64,000 nt of DNA from Octopus sinensis. Taxonomy: Eukaryota. Shown in pieces: positions 39,149 to 52,388 of this stretch. The notes under the pieces were generated by a model. It was not told where the DNA came from and made no database searches. It saw nothing but the letters and a program-made list of their open reading frames with translations. The DNA lies in assembly GCF_006345805.1 (NCBI RefSeq), contig NC_043002.1:25420001-25484000 (forward strand), written 5' to 3'. The position numbers and the translations under genes are program-made. Numbering within the stretch: the stretch's first letter is position 1; every line of letters starts with the position of its first letter.

Positions 39149-39580
39149 TTTTCTACTCTAGGTACAAGGCGCGAAATTTTTGCAAAGGGGGCCAGTCGAT
39201 TACATCGATCCCAGTACGCAACTGGTACTTGATTTATCGACCCCGAAAGGATGAAAGGCAAAATCGACCTTGGTGGAATTTGAACTCATAACGTAAAGAG
39301 CGGCGAGCGGGCAGAAACATTAGCACGCCGGGCGAAATGCGTAGCCGTATTTCGTCTGCCAATACGTTCTGAGTTCAAATTCCGCCGAGGTCGACTTTGC
39401 CTTTCATCCTTTCGGGGTCGATAAATTAGGTACCAGTTACACACTGGGGTCGATGTAATCGACTTAATCCGTTTGTTTGTCCTTGTTTGTCTTCTCTGTG
39501 TGTAGCCCCTTGTGGGCAGTAAAGAAATAAGGACATAAAGAGAGACGAAATACTGCTAAGCATTTCTGCCAGCTTGCAGC
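39149..39580 (-). mobile_element. tRNA-derived SINE (family 2), split by an antisense copy of the same family
   Basis: 18-bp TSD ctttgttctatttcattc at 39131-39148 and 39581-39598. The B-box-like gagttcaaattcc is on the - strand. Confidence 0.8.
39300..39532 (+). mobile_element. tRNA-derived SINE (family 2), near full length, nested in the previous element
   Basis: Head gcggcgagcgggcagaaac..tagc and B box gagttcaaattcc. Approximate TSD acgtaaaga (39291-39299) / acataaaga (39533-39541). Confidence 0.8.
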
Positions 39581-40005
39581 CTTTGTTCTATTTCATTCAT
39601 AAGGTGACTCTCCTCAATAAATTCTGAACCCAACAGGTGGTCAGCTACTATACATTGGAATTTGTTGACAGAATTGATTAACACTACCTTCTTATGGTGA
39701 CTTTACCCATTTTTGTTGTTATAGTGTGTATCATTTTAAACATTGGTATGTTCTTTTTATTTGTTTGGGTTCCTTCACTGTTCTATAATTTGTTACTTCC
39801 TTTCAAAATAATTTTTTCAAATTCCATGAATGATATGCAGTATCACATGATGAAATGAATCAATGATGATGATCAACCAGGTGCCCACAGATACTATGGA
39901 CTATACTGTAATCATCCCAAATATATAGACTCTGATGTTAAAGTCATGTGATTTGTGGAAACGCATATAGCAATGTATTAAATTTTTATAAATTCTATCC
40001 TTAAA

Positions 40006-40038
40006 TTGTTGCTGCTGCTGCTGCTGTTGTTGTTGTTG

Positions 40039-40089
<51 letters not shown>
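40006..40089. repeat. (GCT/GTT)n-(ATT)n compound microsatellite
   Basis: Seen directly in the sequence. Confidence 0.95.
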
Positions 40090-40245
40090 ATATACACACA
40101 CATACACACAAGACTTCTTTCAGTTTTTGTCTACCAAATCCACTCACAAGGCCTTGGTTTTAAATTTATGGCAAGGGTACCTAGATTTATAGAAAAATTA
40201 GTTTGAGGTATATTTTGACATGATCCTGCAAAAATGTATGGTTAA

Positions 40246-40467
40246 ACCCTTTAGCATTCAGATTATTTTGTCAAATATAATCTTTTTTTATTCACATTCT
40301 AAAAAATTAATCCTGCATTAGCTTATAGCTTCAAGATTTCAAAGATGTGGTTGTTCATCTTTTAGAATGATATTGCAGGGTAGGTGTGAGAGGTCAGATC
40401 TGACCAGTTTGAACATAAAACAGGTAGAATATTTGGGCCTGATATGGCCACTTTGAATGCTAAAAAG
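40246..40467. mobile_element. piggyBac-like MITE; related copy at about 34239-34446
   Basis: Ends ttaa-(a)ccctttagcattca ... tgaatgctaaaaag-ttaa. The internal sequence is colinear with 34239-34446. Confidence 0.65.
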
Positions 40468-41462
40468 TTAAGAGCTGGAAGTCCCAACTAAAATTTCTCA
40501 TACAAAATGGATGTTAGAGACTCCAATTTTCTATCAAACTCCTACTACAATTGCTCTTGTATTTATGCATTTCTAATCTATATGCTTAAACAGCGTATGC
40601 TGTCACCTCAGCTGGATTTCCCTATGCTCAAAAGTGTTCCAACCATGATTACCCTCACTTATTTATCTCTGACTACATTACACAATAAGTCCTTCTGTTT
40701 TAATGATAGTAAAATGTAAGTTGAGGGTGATTTAATTGCTATTTCTAGTGAATCAAGTAACAGTAAAGAGGTTGACCCAGGAAAAAATATAGTTAACACA
40801 TATTCATTTTGGAACACATGACTTTTCTGGAGAACTCCAAGTTCCCTAGGTAATGGTTCTTGGAACTTGGTTTTTGCTGGTTTACTCTCTCTTTTACTCC
40901 TTTAGCCATCTGGTAATACCCCTTGGTGGTATTATCTTTGGTGTCTATTGCCACAATAACTATCCTGTGGGTTGGTTTTATCTGGTTAAATCCAGCTGCA
41001 GTGAATGTTGGGAGTTGCAAGAGTGCTGAAGTTGTAGTGTTGAGGCTTAAAAAACATGCTGATTGTCTTTAAGGGTTAGATGTAAATTAATTGTAGGTGG
41101 AAGGCACCTTACTAGAACATTTACAATTGCATTGTGAAATGATACTGACCTATATAATGATGAGTCAGATTTGACCTTGCCAGGCTTTAGGAAAAAAATT
41201 ACAGTTGAAGTTTTTCAGATTACCAGGGTTTAACAAGACCATACTAAGAGCTTACACATAGGTATCAGCTCCATGTTATTAAACTTGCATAATTCTTCAG
41301 ATAAAATATAGATAAACTATTTGATCATCTCTGTTTTTCTGTTCTATGATATCTATTCTTCCTAGCTTTTAGATTAGTTGTGAAGTCCAATCTGGTGCTG
41401 TGTAGTATAGTGTAATACAGTGGAGAGGAATTTTCTATATTAATATAGATGGTGTTTTGGAA

Positions 41463-41690
41463 AGTGGCAAGCTGGCAGAATCATTAGCACATCAGGCAAA
41501 ATGCTTAGTGGTATTTTGTCTATCTTCATGTTCTGAGTTCAAATTCTACTGATATAGACTTCACTGTTCATCCTTTCAGTGTTGGTGAAATAAGTAACAT
41601 TTGAGTATTAGGCCCTATGTAAATTGATTTACTTCTTCCCCCAAAATTGCTGGTCTTGTGCCAAAGTTTGAAATCAATATAGATGGAGTT
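41463..41690 (+). mobile_element. Degenerate tRNA-derived SINE (family 2); further copies near 14100, 23320, 45100, 49900-50450
   Basis: gtggcaagctggcagaatcattagc..gttctgagttcaaattc matches the 39300 copy. Confidence 0.65.
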
Positions 41691-43561
41691 GGGTTTGATA
41701 GGCACTGTTTAGAGGTTTTCTCTGATCAGTTCTCTTTACGGTTTGGCCTTGATAACAGCTGTTAGCTCTGATAGGGGATTTTTGATGGGTTACTGTTGAT
41801 AGGTGTTTGGAGGTTTAGTTCTAAAAGCTGTTGTAAAAAGCTTAGTTACCAGAGATGGTGTTGTTCTTGATCAGCCGACTTGTTTTTGATCAACCCTGAT
41901 TGGCTGACTGAATAGACCTATGATTAAAGACATTCCAGTTATGACCTACCCATCTTTTACTCAAGCATAATGTATCTAGGACTATTTTACCCAGCACCCC
42001 CATTTGTTTTTCTTTGAAGACTGCAGGGTATGATTTTGGGAAGATTTAGCTGTTATTTCTAGTTTGTTGAGTGGCCTTGTAAAGGTTTCCCTATACATGC
42101 TGTTCAAAGATTATCTGAATTAAGTTATGTTCAGGAGCAAGAGATATCTTCTTTCTTTGATTTTACATTTTATAGGGTGTGATTGTGTTGATGAAACAAA
42201 TCTTGTTGAACAGCTCTTTCCATGTTATTCAATGTTTATTTAATAACACAGACATAAAAGAATGAAAAAAAATGTTTACTTGCACAGAGAATCTATCTTT
42301 GGAATTTCTCTGCAGGAAATTATTCCTTCCTGTTTTACATCTTACTATCGGCAATGACATTTACTCATAAATGTACATTGTGCTTCTTTTTATTTTCACA
42401 TCAGTATACATTTTACTCCACACTTGTAATGTATATGCTGGTGTGTATGTTAACTATGTGTCCATTCATGTAAAGATTTAGATGTGTTGTTGCTGCATTC
42501 AGAAATTCCTTTTATTCAACATCTTTTGCAAATCTCCTGATAGACAAGAATTGTGGGTAATAAACTGCTTAGAAAAACTACAATCTTGATGTTGTATGAA
42601 GATATAGATAACTGTTTATAATAGAGACATTTCCAATGAAAGTTAGCTGGAAAATTCTATTTATTTTTATTGTTGTTATTGTTTCAGAATTCTTTTTTCT
42701 TATTTTATATTTTCTAAAGCTTTATATTCGTATTCTTCTTGATCTTTTTAATAATGTTCTTTCAAAATTTTTATCATTTCTTACCATGGATTATCAACTT
42801 TGTTCTTGTTTTCCATCACTAACTGATTTATGCAATTACTTAATTTATTTATTTATTTTAATTTTTTTTTTTTCACTCCCTGAAATGGTAACATCTTGAA
42901 GCCAAGTAATTCTATATAATGGGATAAAATAAAAGAAGCAACTCATGTAGTGGTGGCAGTAGTAGCAGTACTAGTGTTGGCGGCAGTGGCTGTTTGATAT
43001 CGCAGTCTACCAGAGTATGGTAGTATCTACTTACACACCTATTAATGTCTTGCTGATCTTAGCTTGTCTGGCAAGTGAGGTTGTGTATAACTTTATTGTT
43101 TTATATGTTAGATTTCTTAAAGTTTCACATACTAAAATACTACAAGTACTAGTCTACTCTCACATTCCCACTCCTTTCAACTAGCAAACTGTTTTTCACT
43201 AGATCTACTACTTAACAACTCTTAACCTTTCATCACCCTTGTTGTCTTCCCTACAAATCTGGCTGCAACTCCCTCAATTCTGTGTCTGCTTATGTTGTTG
43301 TTTTTGTTGATTAACCCCATATCAGCCACAATCAAGCAGATACATGATCAAAAGGTCTTTCAGCCATGACCATCTTATTTTTTTAAGGGGAAGCTAGGAA
43401 TATATTAGATCAATGGTTCTTAACTGGGGTCCATATGACCCTTCGGGGTTCAATTATGATTTTGCTGTTAAAATTTATCTGCAATAAATTGCTTATGCTT
43501 CTACAATACACAAAATATCTTAACCCTTTTTCTTTTTATACAATTACATCAAAAATCAATG

Positions 43562-44075
43562 GAAATTGCAGTTGTGATCCCTGTGCTGGTGGCACGTAAA
43601 AAGCACCATCTGAATGTGGCCGATGCCAGTGCCGCCTTGACTGGCTTCCGTGCCGGTGGCACATAAAAAACACCATCCGATTGTGGCCATTGCCAGCCTT
43701 GCCTGGCACATAAAAAACACCCACTACACTCACGGAGTGGTTGGCGTTAGGAAGGGCATCCAGCTGTAGAAACACTGCCAGATCAGATTGGAGCCTGGTG
43801 CAGCCTTCTGGCTTCCCAGACTCCGTTTGAACCGTCCAACCCATGCTAGCATGGAAAATGGATGTTAAATGATGATGATGATGATGACAATTACATGCCG
43901 GTAGCATGTAAAAAGCACCCAGCACACTCTGTAAAGTGGTTGGCATTAGGAAGGGCATCCAGCCATAGAAACCATGCCACAACAGACAGTTGGAGTCTGG
44001 ACAGCACTCGGCTAGTCAGCTCCATGTCAAACTGTCCAACCCATGTCCACATGAAAAGTGGACATTAAACAATAA
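43562..44075 (+). mobile_element. Two tandem RTE-tail repeats; more copies near 1405, 12420, 17540, 20720, 25300, 28130, 30750, 31320, 36775, 45730, 52190, 55140, 63770
   Basis: gtggttggcgttaggaagggcatccagctgtagaaac..ccaacccatgctagcatggaaa..(gat)n. Confidence 0.8.
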
Positions 44076-44275
44076 TGATAAGATCTTTTTTTTAAACTGT
44101 GAATGACTAGTTGGGTCCTTCTGAGTAAAATAAGTTTCAAAGGGGCCCCTTGGTAAAAAATGGTTGAGAAACATTATTAGATGATATGACAGTTTTTCAC
44201 TCATATTGCAGAATAGCAGGGTGGACTGTCCTGTTGGAACATAGTGTAATTAATCATAGGTATAGGTAACTTCTT

Positions 44276-44438
44276 TAGTATATGAAGGGAAATACCTTGA
44301 GATATTATTCAAATACTAACTATTCCATTGTAGTATATGAAGGGAAATACCTTGCAATATTATCCAAATACCAACTATTCCACTGCAGTCTATGAAGGGA
44401 AATACCTTGCAATATTATTCAAATACCAACTCTTCCAT
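44276..44438. repeat. 55-bp minisatellite, about 3 units
   Basis: tatgaagggaaataccttg.. starts at 44281, 44336 and 44391. Confidence 0.95.
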
Positions 44439-46892
44439 GTCATGATGGATGGATATATTCGGAAATGTTTGACTCTTGCAAGTGTACACCTGAGATTGTA
44501 TAAGATTAATGAACAATAAATAAATAAAGTATTAGATGCAACACTAAATGTGATTTGAAGCCTGTCCTCCAGGGTCCAATTATTTTTGTGCTCCTTGCAA
44601 AATTGTGGATGATCCAGGATGCTTTTTTTTTTATTGCCTGACCTCTTGCAACTTTTCCGAAGTGTTGCTGCATTTGGTGTCTTATTATTTGAGTGTTACA
44701 TTTTACTGTTAGTTGCAACCGAGTTTGTATGACACTGCTAGATATAAATGGAGATACAACACTGTGACAATGAATCATATGATCAGTTTGGAAAGCTGTG
44801 GCATGAGGTTTGTCTGATCTGTCAAGTGATTTATATTAAATTGTCTCGTGAAATCAATAAAAAGCTTATTGGATAGCACCAGCAGACATTTAACTGAGTT
44901 GATATTTCCAGAATGTGAATCCATTGCCATACAAACCAACAAGCTAAGCCCCCCCCCCTTTTTTTTCCAGTTGACAATTCCATAACTTTATAAAATATTG
45001 ATGTACCCTGCAGTATCTTAAATGTCAAATAAAAGATGAAATTATAAAATATTTGATTTATTCATATGTCATGTTACATAACTATAAATGGCAATTGGCA
45101 AAGTCATTACAGCATCAGATAGATTATTTTCTGGTAATCATTCTGGCTCCCTGCACTCTGAGTTCAAATCCAGCAGAAGTTAAAGTTTATCTTTCATCCT
45201 TCCAGGGCCAATAAATAAAATACCAATTTTGTACTGGAGTTGATTCTTTCCTTTCTGTCATTCCTTCTTGTGGAATTTCTTCCAGAAATTGTAACTGGAA
45301 AAGGATGGACTCCACCAATTTTAAAAGTGCTAAAAAATCCTAGATGTCACAATGATACTCTTATAATTCCATCAAGGAGTTGAGGTCTCAAGGCAAGGCA
45401 ATACATAGCAAGTAATTAGTTTCTTAGGAAAATATATTTCTCTTTGTATTCAGATTTTTCACCATGGCTAATATACAATATAGGTGCAAGTGTGGTTGTG
45501 TGGTAAGAAGCATGCTTCCTATCCACATGTTTCCCGGTTCAATCCCAGTGCATGGCAACTTGGCAAGTGTCTTCAACCATAGCTTCAGGCTCACCTTGTG
45601 AGTGAGTTTAGGGATTTGGTGAATGGAAGATTAATAGTCATAATTTTATGGAAGTCATTAATGGAATAAGTAAAAGCTACTACATCAAAGAACTGAGCCT
45701 TGATTTATCAAATTTTTTCTTTCTTTGGCCCCCATGCCGGTGGCACGTAAAAAGCACCATCCGATCATGGCCGTTTGCCAGCCTCGTCCGGCACCTGTGT
45801 CGGTGGCACGTAAGAAGCACCCACTACACTCACGGAGTGGTTGGCGTTAGGAAGGGCATCCAGCTGTAGAAACACTGCCAGATCAGACTGGGCCTGGCGC
45901 AGCCTCCTGCCTCTAATTCTAGAAAGTTGCATTTTTGAGGAGAACTAGACAAGCAGTTTTGTTGAAACTCTGAGGCTTAAGAGAATGAGAGCAAATTGTA
46001 TTAAGTGGTATGTGTAGCAGCAGTGGTTCACAAGATTGCTATTTCAGAAGACAGGAGTCATTACAGTCATAGAAGGATAGACAGAATGAGGGATGACAGA
46101 AAATTGGTGAACTATCATAACAACATGTTGGGTTTCAATTGGATGCTTCACCCAATTTGGAATCCAGTGTGCAGTCTGGAATGTGTTTGTGTAACAGGTG
46201 TTCTATCCAATATATACAACTAACAGTCTAATGTTTTGTTTAGCACCAGGTCATCTCTGATAGAGTATTACAGCCTGGACAATCCCATCTTGTTTGCAAT
46301 TATATACCCAGAGTTACATTTTTCCAATGTCTTTCTTTTTTAAGATAGTAAGTCTCAGTGTGAATGGAATTTGTCTGCTATTTCTAGCAACCTGTGTGGC
46401 TATCTTGAGGTTCTCTCTTAGTCTGCTAATGTTTGGATTGAAGTAATTTTTGACTCTGAATAAAAAGAGAGCATTTGGGAGGTAGCTTTGAGATATAGTT
46501 TGATGTTATTACAAGTAAAGATAAATACCCCAAAACTCTAGAATCTGGGGAAACTAGTGATGGGTCTGTCTGTCTGTAGTGATAAGAACAAAAGAAAAAG
46601 TCAAAATTTGTAAAAGCCGCTAAGTTGATGCCGTGAGAAACAAGTTCTCATGTTTCATGCAGCTCCCCTACCACCACCACCAGCAACTCCTCCCACCGGC
46701 TTGAAAGAACTGAATAACAAGTGTGTGTTAGATGATAGGCAGGTATGTAAGATCTTCAGAAATGGTAACTGAAGAGATTTTAGTTTTCTTCTGCTGCACT
46801 GTAGTAGACGTGTGAGGGCGGGGACTAGGCAGTGCTGTGTTTGCGTTTTCTTGATATGTATAGTGACTGTGTCATGCTGGATGGGATGAAGT

Positions 46893-47582
46893 TATCATGT
46901 TCTCATTGCAGAACAATGTTCTCAAGGTCTCTGTGTACAGAGATGTAAAGCGTATTTGGCGGGAAGTGTCTAGGCTGCATGTGGATGACACTTGTGTGTG
47001 AAAGGCTTAACACTAAGTCTATGATGGCTGTCACAACCCCTTCACACACACTGTGTAAATATGTCCTATATACTCTTTTACTGGTTTCAGTCATTTGACT
47101 GTAGCCATGCTGGAGCACCGCCTTTAGTTGAGGAAATCGACCCCAGGACTTATTCTTTGTAAGCCTAGTACTTATTCTATAGGTCTCTTTTGCTGAACTG
47201 CTAAGTTACAGGCACGTAAACACACCAGCATCAAGCAATGTTGGGGGAGGGGGGCAAACACAGACACACAAACATATACACACGCACACATATATATACA
47301 TATATATGACGGGCTTCTTTCAGTTTCCATCTACCAAATCCATTCACAAGGCTTTGGTCGATCCGAGGCTATAGTAGAAGACACTTGCCCAAGGTGCCAC
47401 GCAGTGGGACTGAACCTGGAACCATGTGGTTGGTAAACAAGCTACTTACCACACAGCCACTCCTACGCCTTTCACACACAAGTGTCATTCTTACGCAGCC
47501 TAGATACTTCCCGCCAAATATGCATTACATCTCTGTACACAGACAGACTTTGAGAACATTGTTCTGCAATGAGAACATGATA
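46893..47582. mobile_element. Foldback/MITE with about 115-bp arms, expanded by a SINE insertion
   Basis: 46893-47006 is the reverse complement of 47467-47582, with several substitutions and one 2-nt indel. The termini are ta..ta. Confidence 0.7.
47072..47467 (-). mobile_element. CORE-type SINE (family 1), full length, inserted in a foldback element
   Basis: Colinear with the other copies. Approximate TSD ccttcacacaca (47039-47050) / cctttcacacaca (47468-47480). Confidence 0.85.
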
Positions 47583-49498
47583 TATATTTCGCAATTACTT
47601 CTAAAGTTACCAAAGCATTCACAAATGGAATGATGCAGGTATATGTGTTAATCTTTATATATAAGGGCTGAAGTTGTCTGTGTGTGTGTGGCAGGTTTGG
47701 TAGCCTTCAACTAACATTATCTCCTCCGAGACTCTGCGGCGCAAGTTGACCAAAATTGAGAGTATGATAGAAGAAGGCTTGCTCTTTATTCCGTAGAAGA
47801 AAAGATTCAAATCGGACCATGTTAAAACCAAAAATTATTTACATCAAAAAGGTGCTTTTTTTCTTTGAAAATACCTATTTTTTACAATTTTGTCCTACAT
47901 TCTGTCATTTCTGAAAAATAGAGAGATGCTTGTTATGGTGGTTGGAAGGCCTTTGGCTGTGTATCTTCTGGATTGGAGTTAAACATCAACACTATTGCCA
48001 ACAACATGTGTCTTCTGCTGCTATTGTATAAAACAATTTTAAAACAATGAGTTGGTGTCTTTTACGGAGTATGTTCACCAAAGTTGTAGAATGAAAGAAA
48101 GGAAGAAAGACTGACATTTAAAACTTTCTGGAGGGTTCTCTCTCCTGTTTTTTTTTTCCCCTTCTCTCTCTGTAGTCTGACAATAAATATGCTGATTTGT
48201 AAACATTTGAATGTCACTGAAATGGTTGAAGAAGAAGAAGAGTAAAATATATTCAATAAAATAAAAAAAATAAAGAACAAAAAAATGTCCCAGTTTTAAA
48301 GTGAAATTAGGAGCTTGCATTGCATACTGGGTCCCAGATACCAAATTTCAACAGCCATTTATTCCTTAACTGATAGACCTTCTGCTGTTGGTCTCCACTT
48401 TGTTTTGCTCCTTCTCTCATTTCTCTCACCCAAATATCTTTCAACATGATATATCACTGTTCCTTTTGTCTGTATCTCACTCTTCATTTTCTTTTCCTTT
48501 ATCTCTGTATCCCCGCCCCCGTATCTTTACTCTGTCTTCTTGTTTTTTTTCCTCTCCTTCACTTTGTCTGTGTGTGTTTTATTTCTCTTCCCCTCCTTTT
48601 CTCTCTCTCTTTCACACATACAGTAAAATATCGCTCCTATGCACACCATCACCACACTCACCACCATCACCATCATTACTCTCACATTCATTCTCACAAT
48701 TACAGCTATCATCACTAACAATAACAGCAGTAATGCTAGAAATAGCAGCCAGATGTCCCATACCAGGAGAGACACTTTAGATAATGTAGTACTAGACATC
48801 CCCATAAAAGACAAGATGGTCATGGTTGGAATGTTCTTGATTGTAGGTCTGTTCATTCAGGATAGCATAGGGCTAAATAATAACAATAGCAACAATCATG
48901 ACAATGATGATGTGCCACTGAAAGAGCCTCCACGAAGACCACTCAATTTGTAGAAAAAAATGGTCAAATTTCTTACAAATCATAGCCTATTGACATAAAA
49001 GAGGAAGGATGCATTCAACAGTGTGATCCTGAATTAACCATCTCTGACTAAATGATGGGGCTATATTATTTTTCTCATTTCTCATCCTTACCAAATATTC
49101 ATCCAGATCAGGTATTCAGGTATTCATTGAATTTCAGATACAAAGCTCAGCCAATCTAGGCCACCCAAGTTCATTGGTCACAGTTGACTTACCACACTAA
49201 TATTGGTTATAGTTCACTTAAAACACTGAAGCTCTGCTTCCTGCCTCTCTTCTCATCTTTCTAGACATGTAATAAAAATTATCAAATATGAAGAGGTCAC
49301 TGTAATAACATGAAAATAGGCAGAGTTGAGAGAACACAGCTTAGTTACAAGCCTAGGCATACATCAAAGTAGTTAGGTAGCTTTATAAATCAATCTCTTG
49401 AGGTTAATTTGAAAATATTCAGAAAATGAAATTCTTACATTATTAGACTTTCTATAATTAAAGAAGATACAAAGCACACACACACGCATGCACATGCA

Positions 49499-49540
<42 letters not shown>

Positions 49541-52388
49541 ATCTATTTATCTGTCTATCTATCTATCTTTCTATAAGGAAAACCCAGCTAAGTAGATTCT
49601 TTGAATCTTTCCAAAACATATTTTCAAGTTAATCTTTCATACATTAATTGATAGAACTTGTGATAAAACACATTGACACACCTAAGATATTTGGAATACT
49701 GAATTATTAATCACGATTTTATTCAAAGTGAGGATGACATCCAAATATTTCCTACCTCAAACATCTTCTATAAGTTGTATACCCCTCCAGCATCTTTCTT
49801 GCTTTTATTTTATTTTCTTGAGGTTCTTTGTCAATTGTTTGAATAAAATAAACTTTGAAGAGGAAGATTAGAAAATATAACTTTTCTAGTCCTTACAAAT
49901 CATGGTAGTGACATAACTGGTATAGTGCCTTGTGGTATTCTGTAACATCCTTATGTCCTTCTGTATTCTGAGTTCAAATTCTGACTGGACCAACTTTACC
50001 TTTTTGCCCTTCTTGGTTTGATAGTGAGTAATTTTCATATGTTTATTCTTCCTACAATATTTATGGTTGTACACCAATGTTGGAAATCGTTAATAACACT
50101 ACAAATTAAGGTAGTGAGGCAACAGAATTGTTAGCATGTTGGGCAAAATGCTTAGTAGCATTTCTTCCAATTCTTTACATTCTGAGTTCAAATTCTGCCA
50201 TGGTTGACTTTATCTTTGATCCTTTGAGCACTGGGTTCAATGTGATCATCTTACCTCCTCCCCTAAAATTGCTGGCTATGTACCAAAAATATTACTATTA
50301 ATTTACACTGCAAATTAAGGGTCATGGATTGAGAGAATCAGTGGCATGATATGCAAAATGCCTGTGGTATTTAATTATGTCCATCTAAGTTTTTAGTTCA
50401 ATTCCCACCCAAGTTAAGTTAAGCTTTCATCTTTCTGGAATCAGTGAAGTCGGTATTTGTTACTGTGTAAAGTACAGTATTTGATTGAATTTAAAATTTG
50501 GGGACAGTTCCTGTGCTGGAATTTTCTGACATTTCAAATGTCTTTACTATAGTTGTATTTTGATATAAAGTCAATTACATCAGAATAATAATATAGTAGC
50601 AGGAACATGAGACTATGACATTTATTCCTTTCCCATGCTAAGGGCAAATCCCCCTAAGAAACATTGAACTTAGAATAGAAACCAAACTGCAAGATCAGTG
50701 CTTGAAGGATTTAGTGTGGCATCACAACATGCACCATTTCTTACTTAGATGGCCAACCCATGCGAGCATGCAGAATGGACGTTAAATGATGATGATAATG
50801 ATAATGATGATGATGTCATTATTGCCATAATGCCCACTTCTCCATGCTTGTGTGGATCAGATAAAATTTGCAAAGGCATATATTTTTATAGACAAATGCT
50901 CTTCCTGTTGCCAATCCTTACCTGTTTCCAAGCAAGGTAATATTTCACCTAGTCCTTCAAGCAGGAATAGCACAGTGGCTGGGTATGTTTTCATGGAACA
51001 GCATTGCTTGTATAATGATGTTTATTTACAATTAGTGTATGATGTCCAGACAAAAAGACACCAAAACGCAGTGTGCTTGTATATACACATACACATACAA
51101 TAGGATTCTTTCGGTTTCTCTCTATTAAATTCACTCATAAGGCTGTAAGTGGTCTGAAGCTATAGTAGAAGACACCCAAATTACCATGCTGCAGGATTGA
51201 GCCCGAAGCCTTATGGTTGCAAAGTGAACTACAACAATACAGCTATACCTGCACCTCTTATGATGCTCCATATTTATAACAAGAAAAAAAAAGATGAGTT
51301 GTATCATTAATGCCTTTCTCAGTGTAATTTGAGATATAAGTAAAAAGGTGCCAGCTTGAAATTAAAATAAAGACAAAAATTATGTAAAGGGTTTATTCTG
51401 AACCTATTACCATAACAGTGTACTTAGTTAAATGTGAGCCTCTACAGGTTGCTAAATTTGCTAGAAATACTAGGCAGATTCAAGGCTTTTGATCACAGGT
51501 GACCTGGAACTAAACAGCAATGGTGTGGAGAATCTCAGTTATTCAAAGATGAGTATTCAGTTGATTGATCAATTGAATTATCTGCTCTTTAATTAACATT
51601 GTGGCTGAGTATTCCTCAGATCTACCTTTAATGTAATTCTCAGGCAGAATCAATGTAAAACTGTGTAACAAGATCTGCACTTTTTGAATTATTAGTACAA
51701 TCCACCCAACAGGCTTCTGTCCAGTCTCCATCTACCCAGTTTCACTCATAACATATGGATTGACTTAGGACTACAGAAAAGGACATCTGTCCATGCAGTG
51801 GGTTTGAACCTGGGATTTCATTGCTCCCAAAGCAAACTTCTTAACCATTCAGCCATAGTGCACCCACTAAATAACAGTAACATCAATTTAAAGACTATGT
51901 ATGTATAGAATATAAAAGAACTAGGTATGGTCTGCATTGGCTAATCACAGGTGATTATGAAAATTATCAACAAAAACTAAAAAATTGAAATCATGATCAT
52001 CATTGTCGTCATCACCATCACTTCTGCTGCTACCATACTTTCCCATACTTGCATGGGTCAGATGGAATTTGTTGAGGCAGATTTTCTATGGTCAGATGCC
52101 TTTTCTGACATCAACCCTCACCTGTACGACAATAGTGTTAATTTATAACAATCATGTGATATCTAGAGAAGGTTATGTACATACAGACCTGTCAGTGCTG
52201 ATGTCATGTAAAAAGCATCCAGTCCACACTGTAAAATGGTTGGCATTTGGAAAGGCATCCAGCGATAAAAACTATGCCAAAACTGACCTCACCAGTGCTG
52301 GTGGCATGTAAAAAGCACTCAGTCCACTCTGCTGGGTGGTTGGTGTTTGGAAGGGCATCTATGCCAAAACAGACACAGACGTCTGATG

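Larger units (their letters stand above)
38720..40000. mobile_element. Old non-autonomous DNA transposon with 153-bp TIRs, Kolobok-like ends
   Basis: Arms 38720-38872 and 39848-40000 align without gaps (about 130/153). Ends read ttta|GGATAG ... CTATCC|ttaa. Confidence 0.65.

Noticed and set aside
39300-39385. tRNA-like A/B boxes here and in other SINE heads
   Set aside because: There is no complete cloverleaf, and each continues into a SINE body, so these are not tRNA genes.
44276-44438. Direct repeats superficially resembling a CRISPR array
   Set aside because: The units are contiguous with no unique spacers, there are no cas genes, and the context is a eukaryotic intron.
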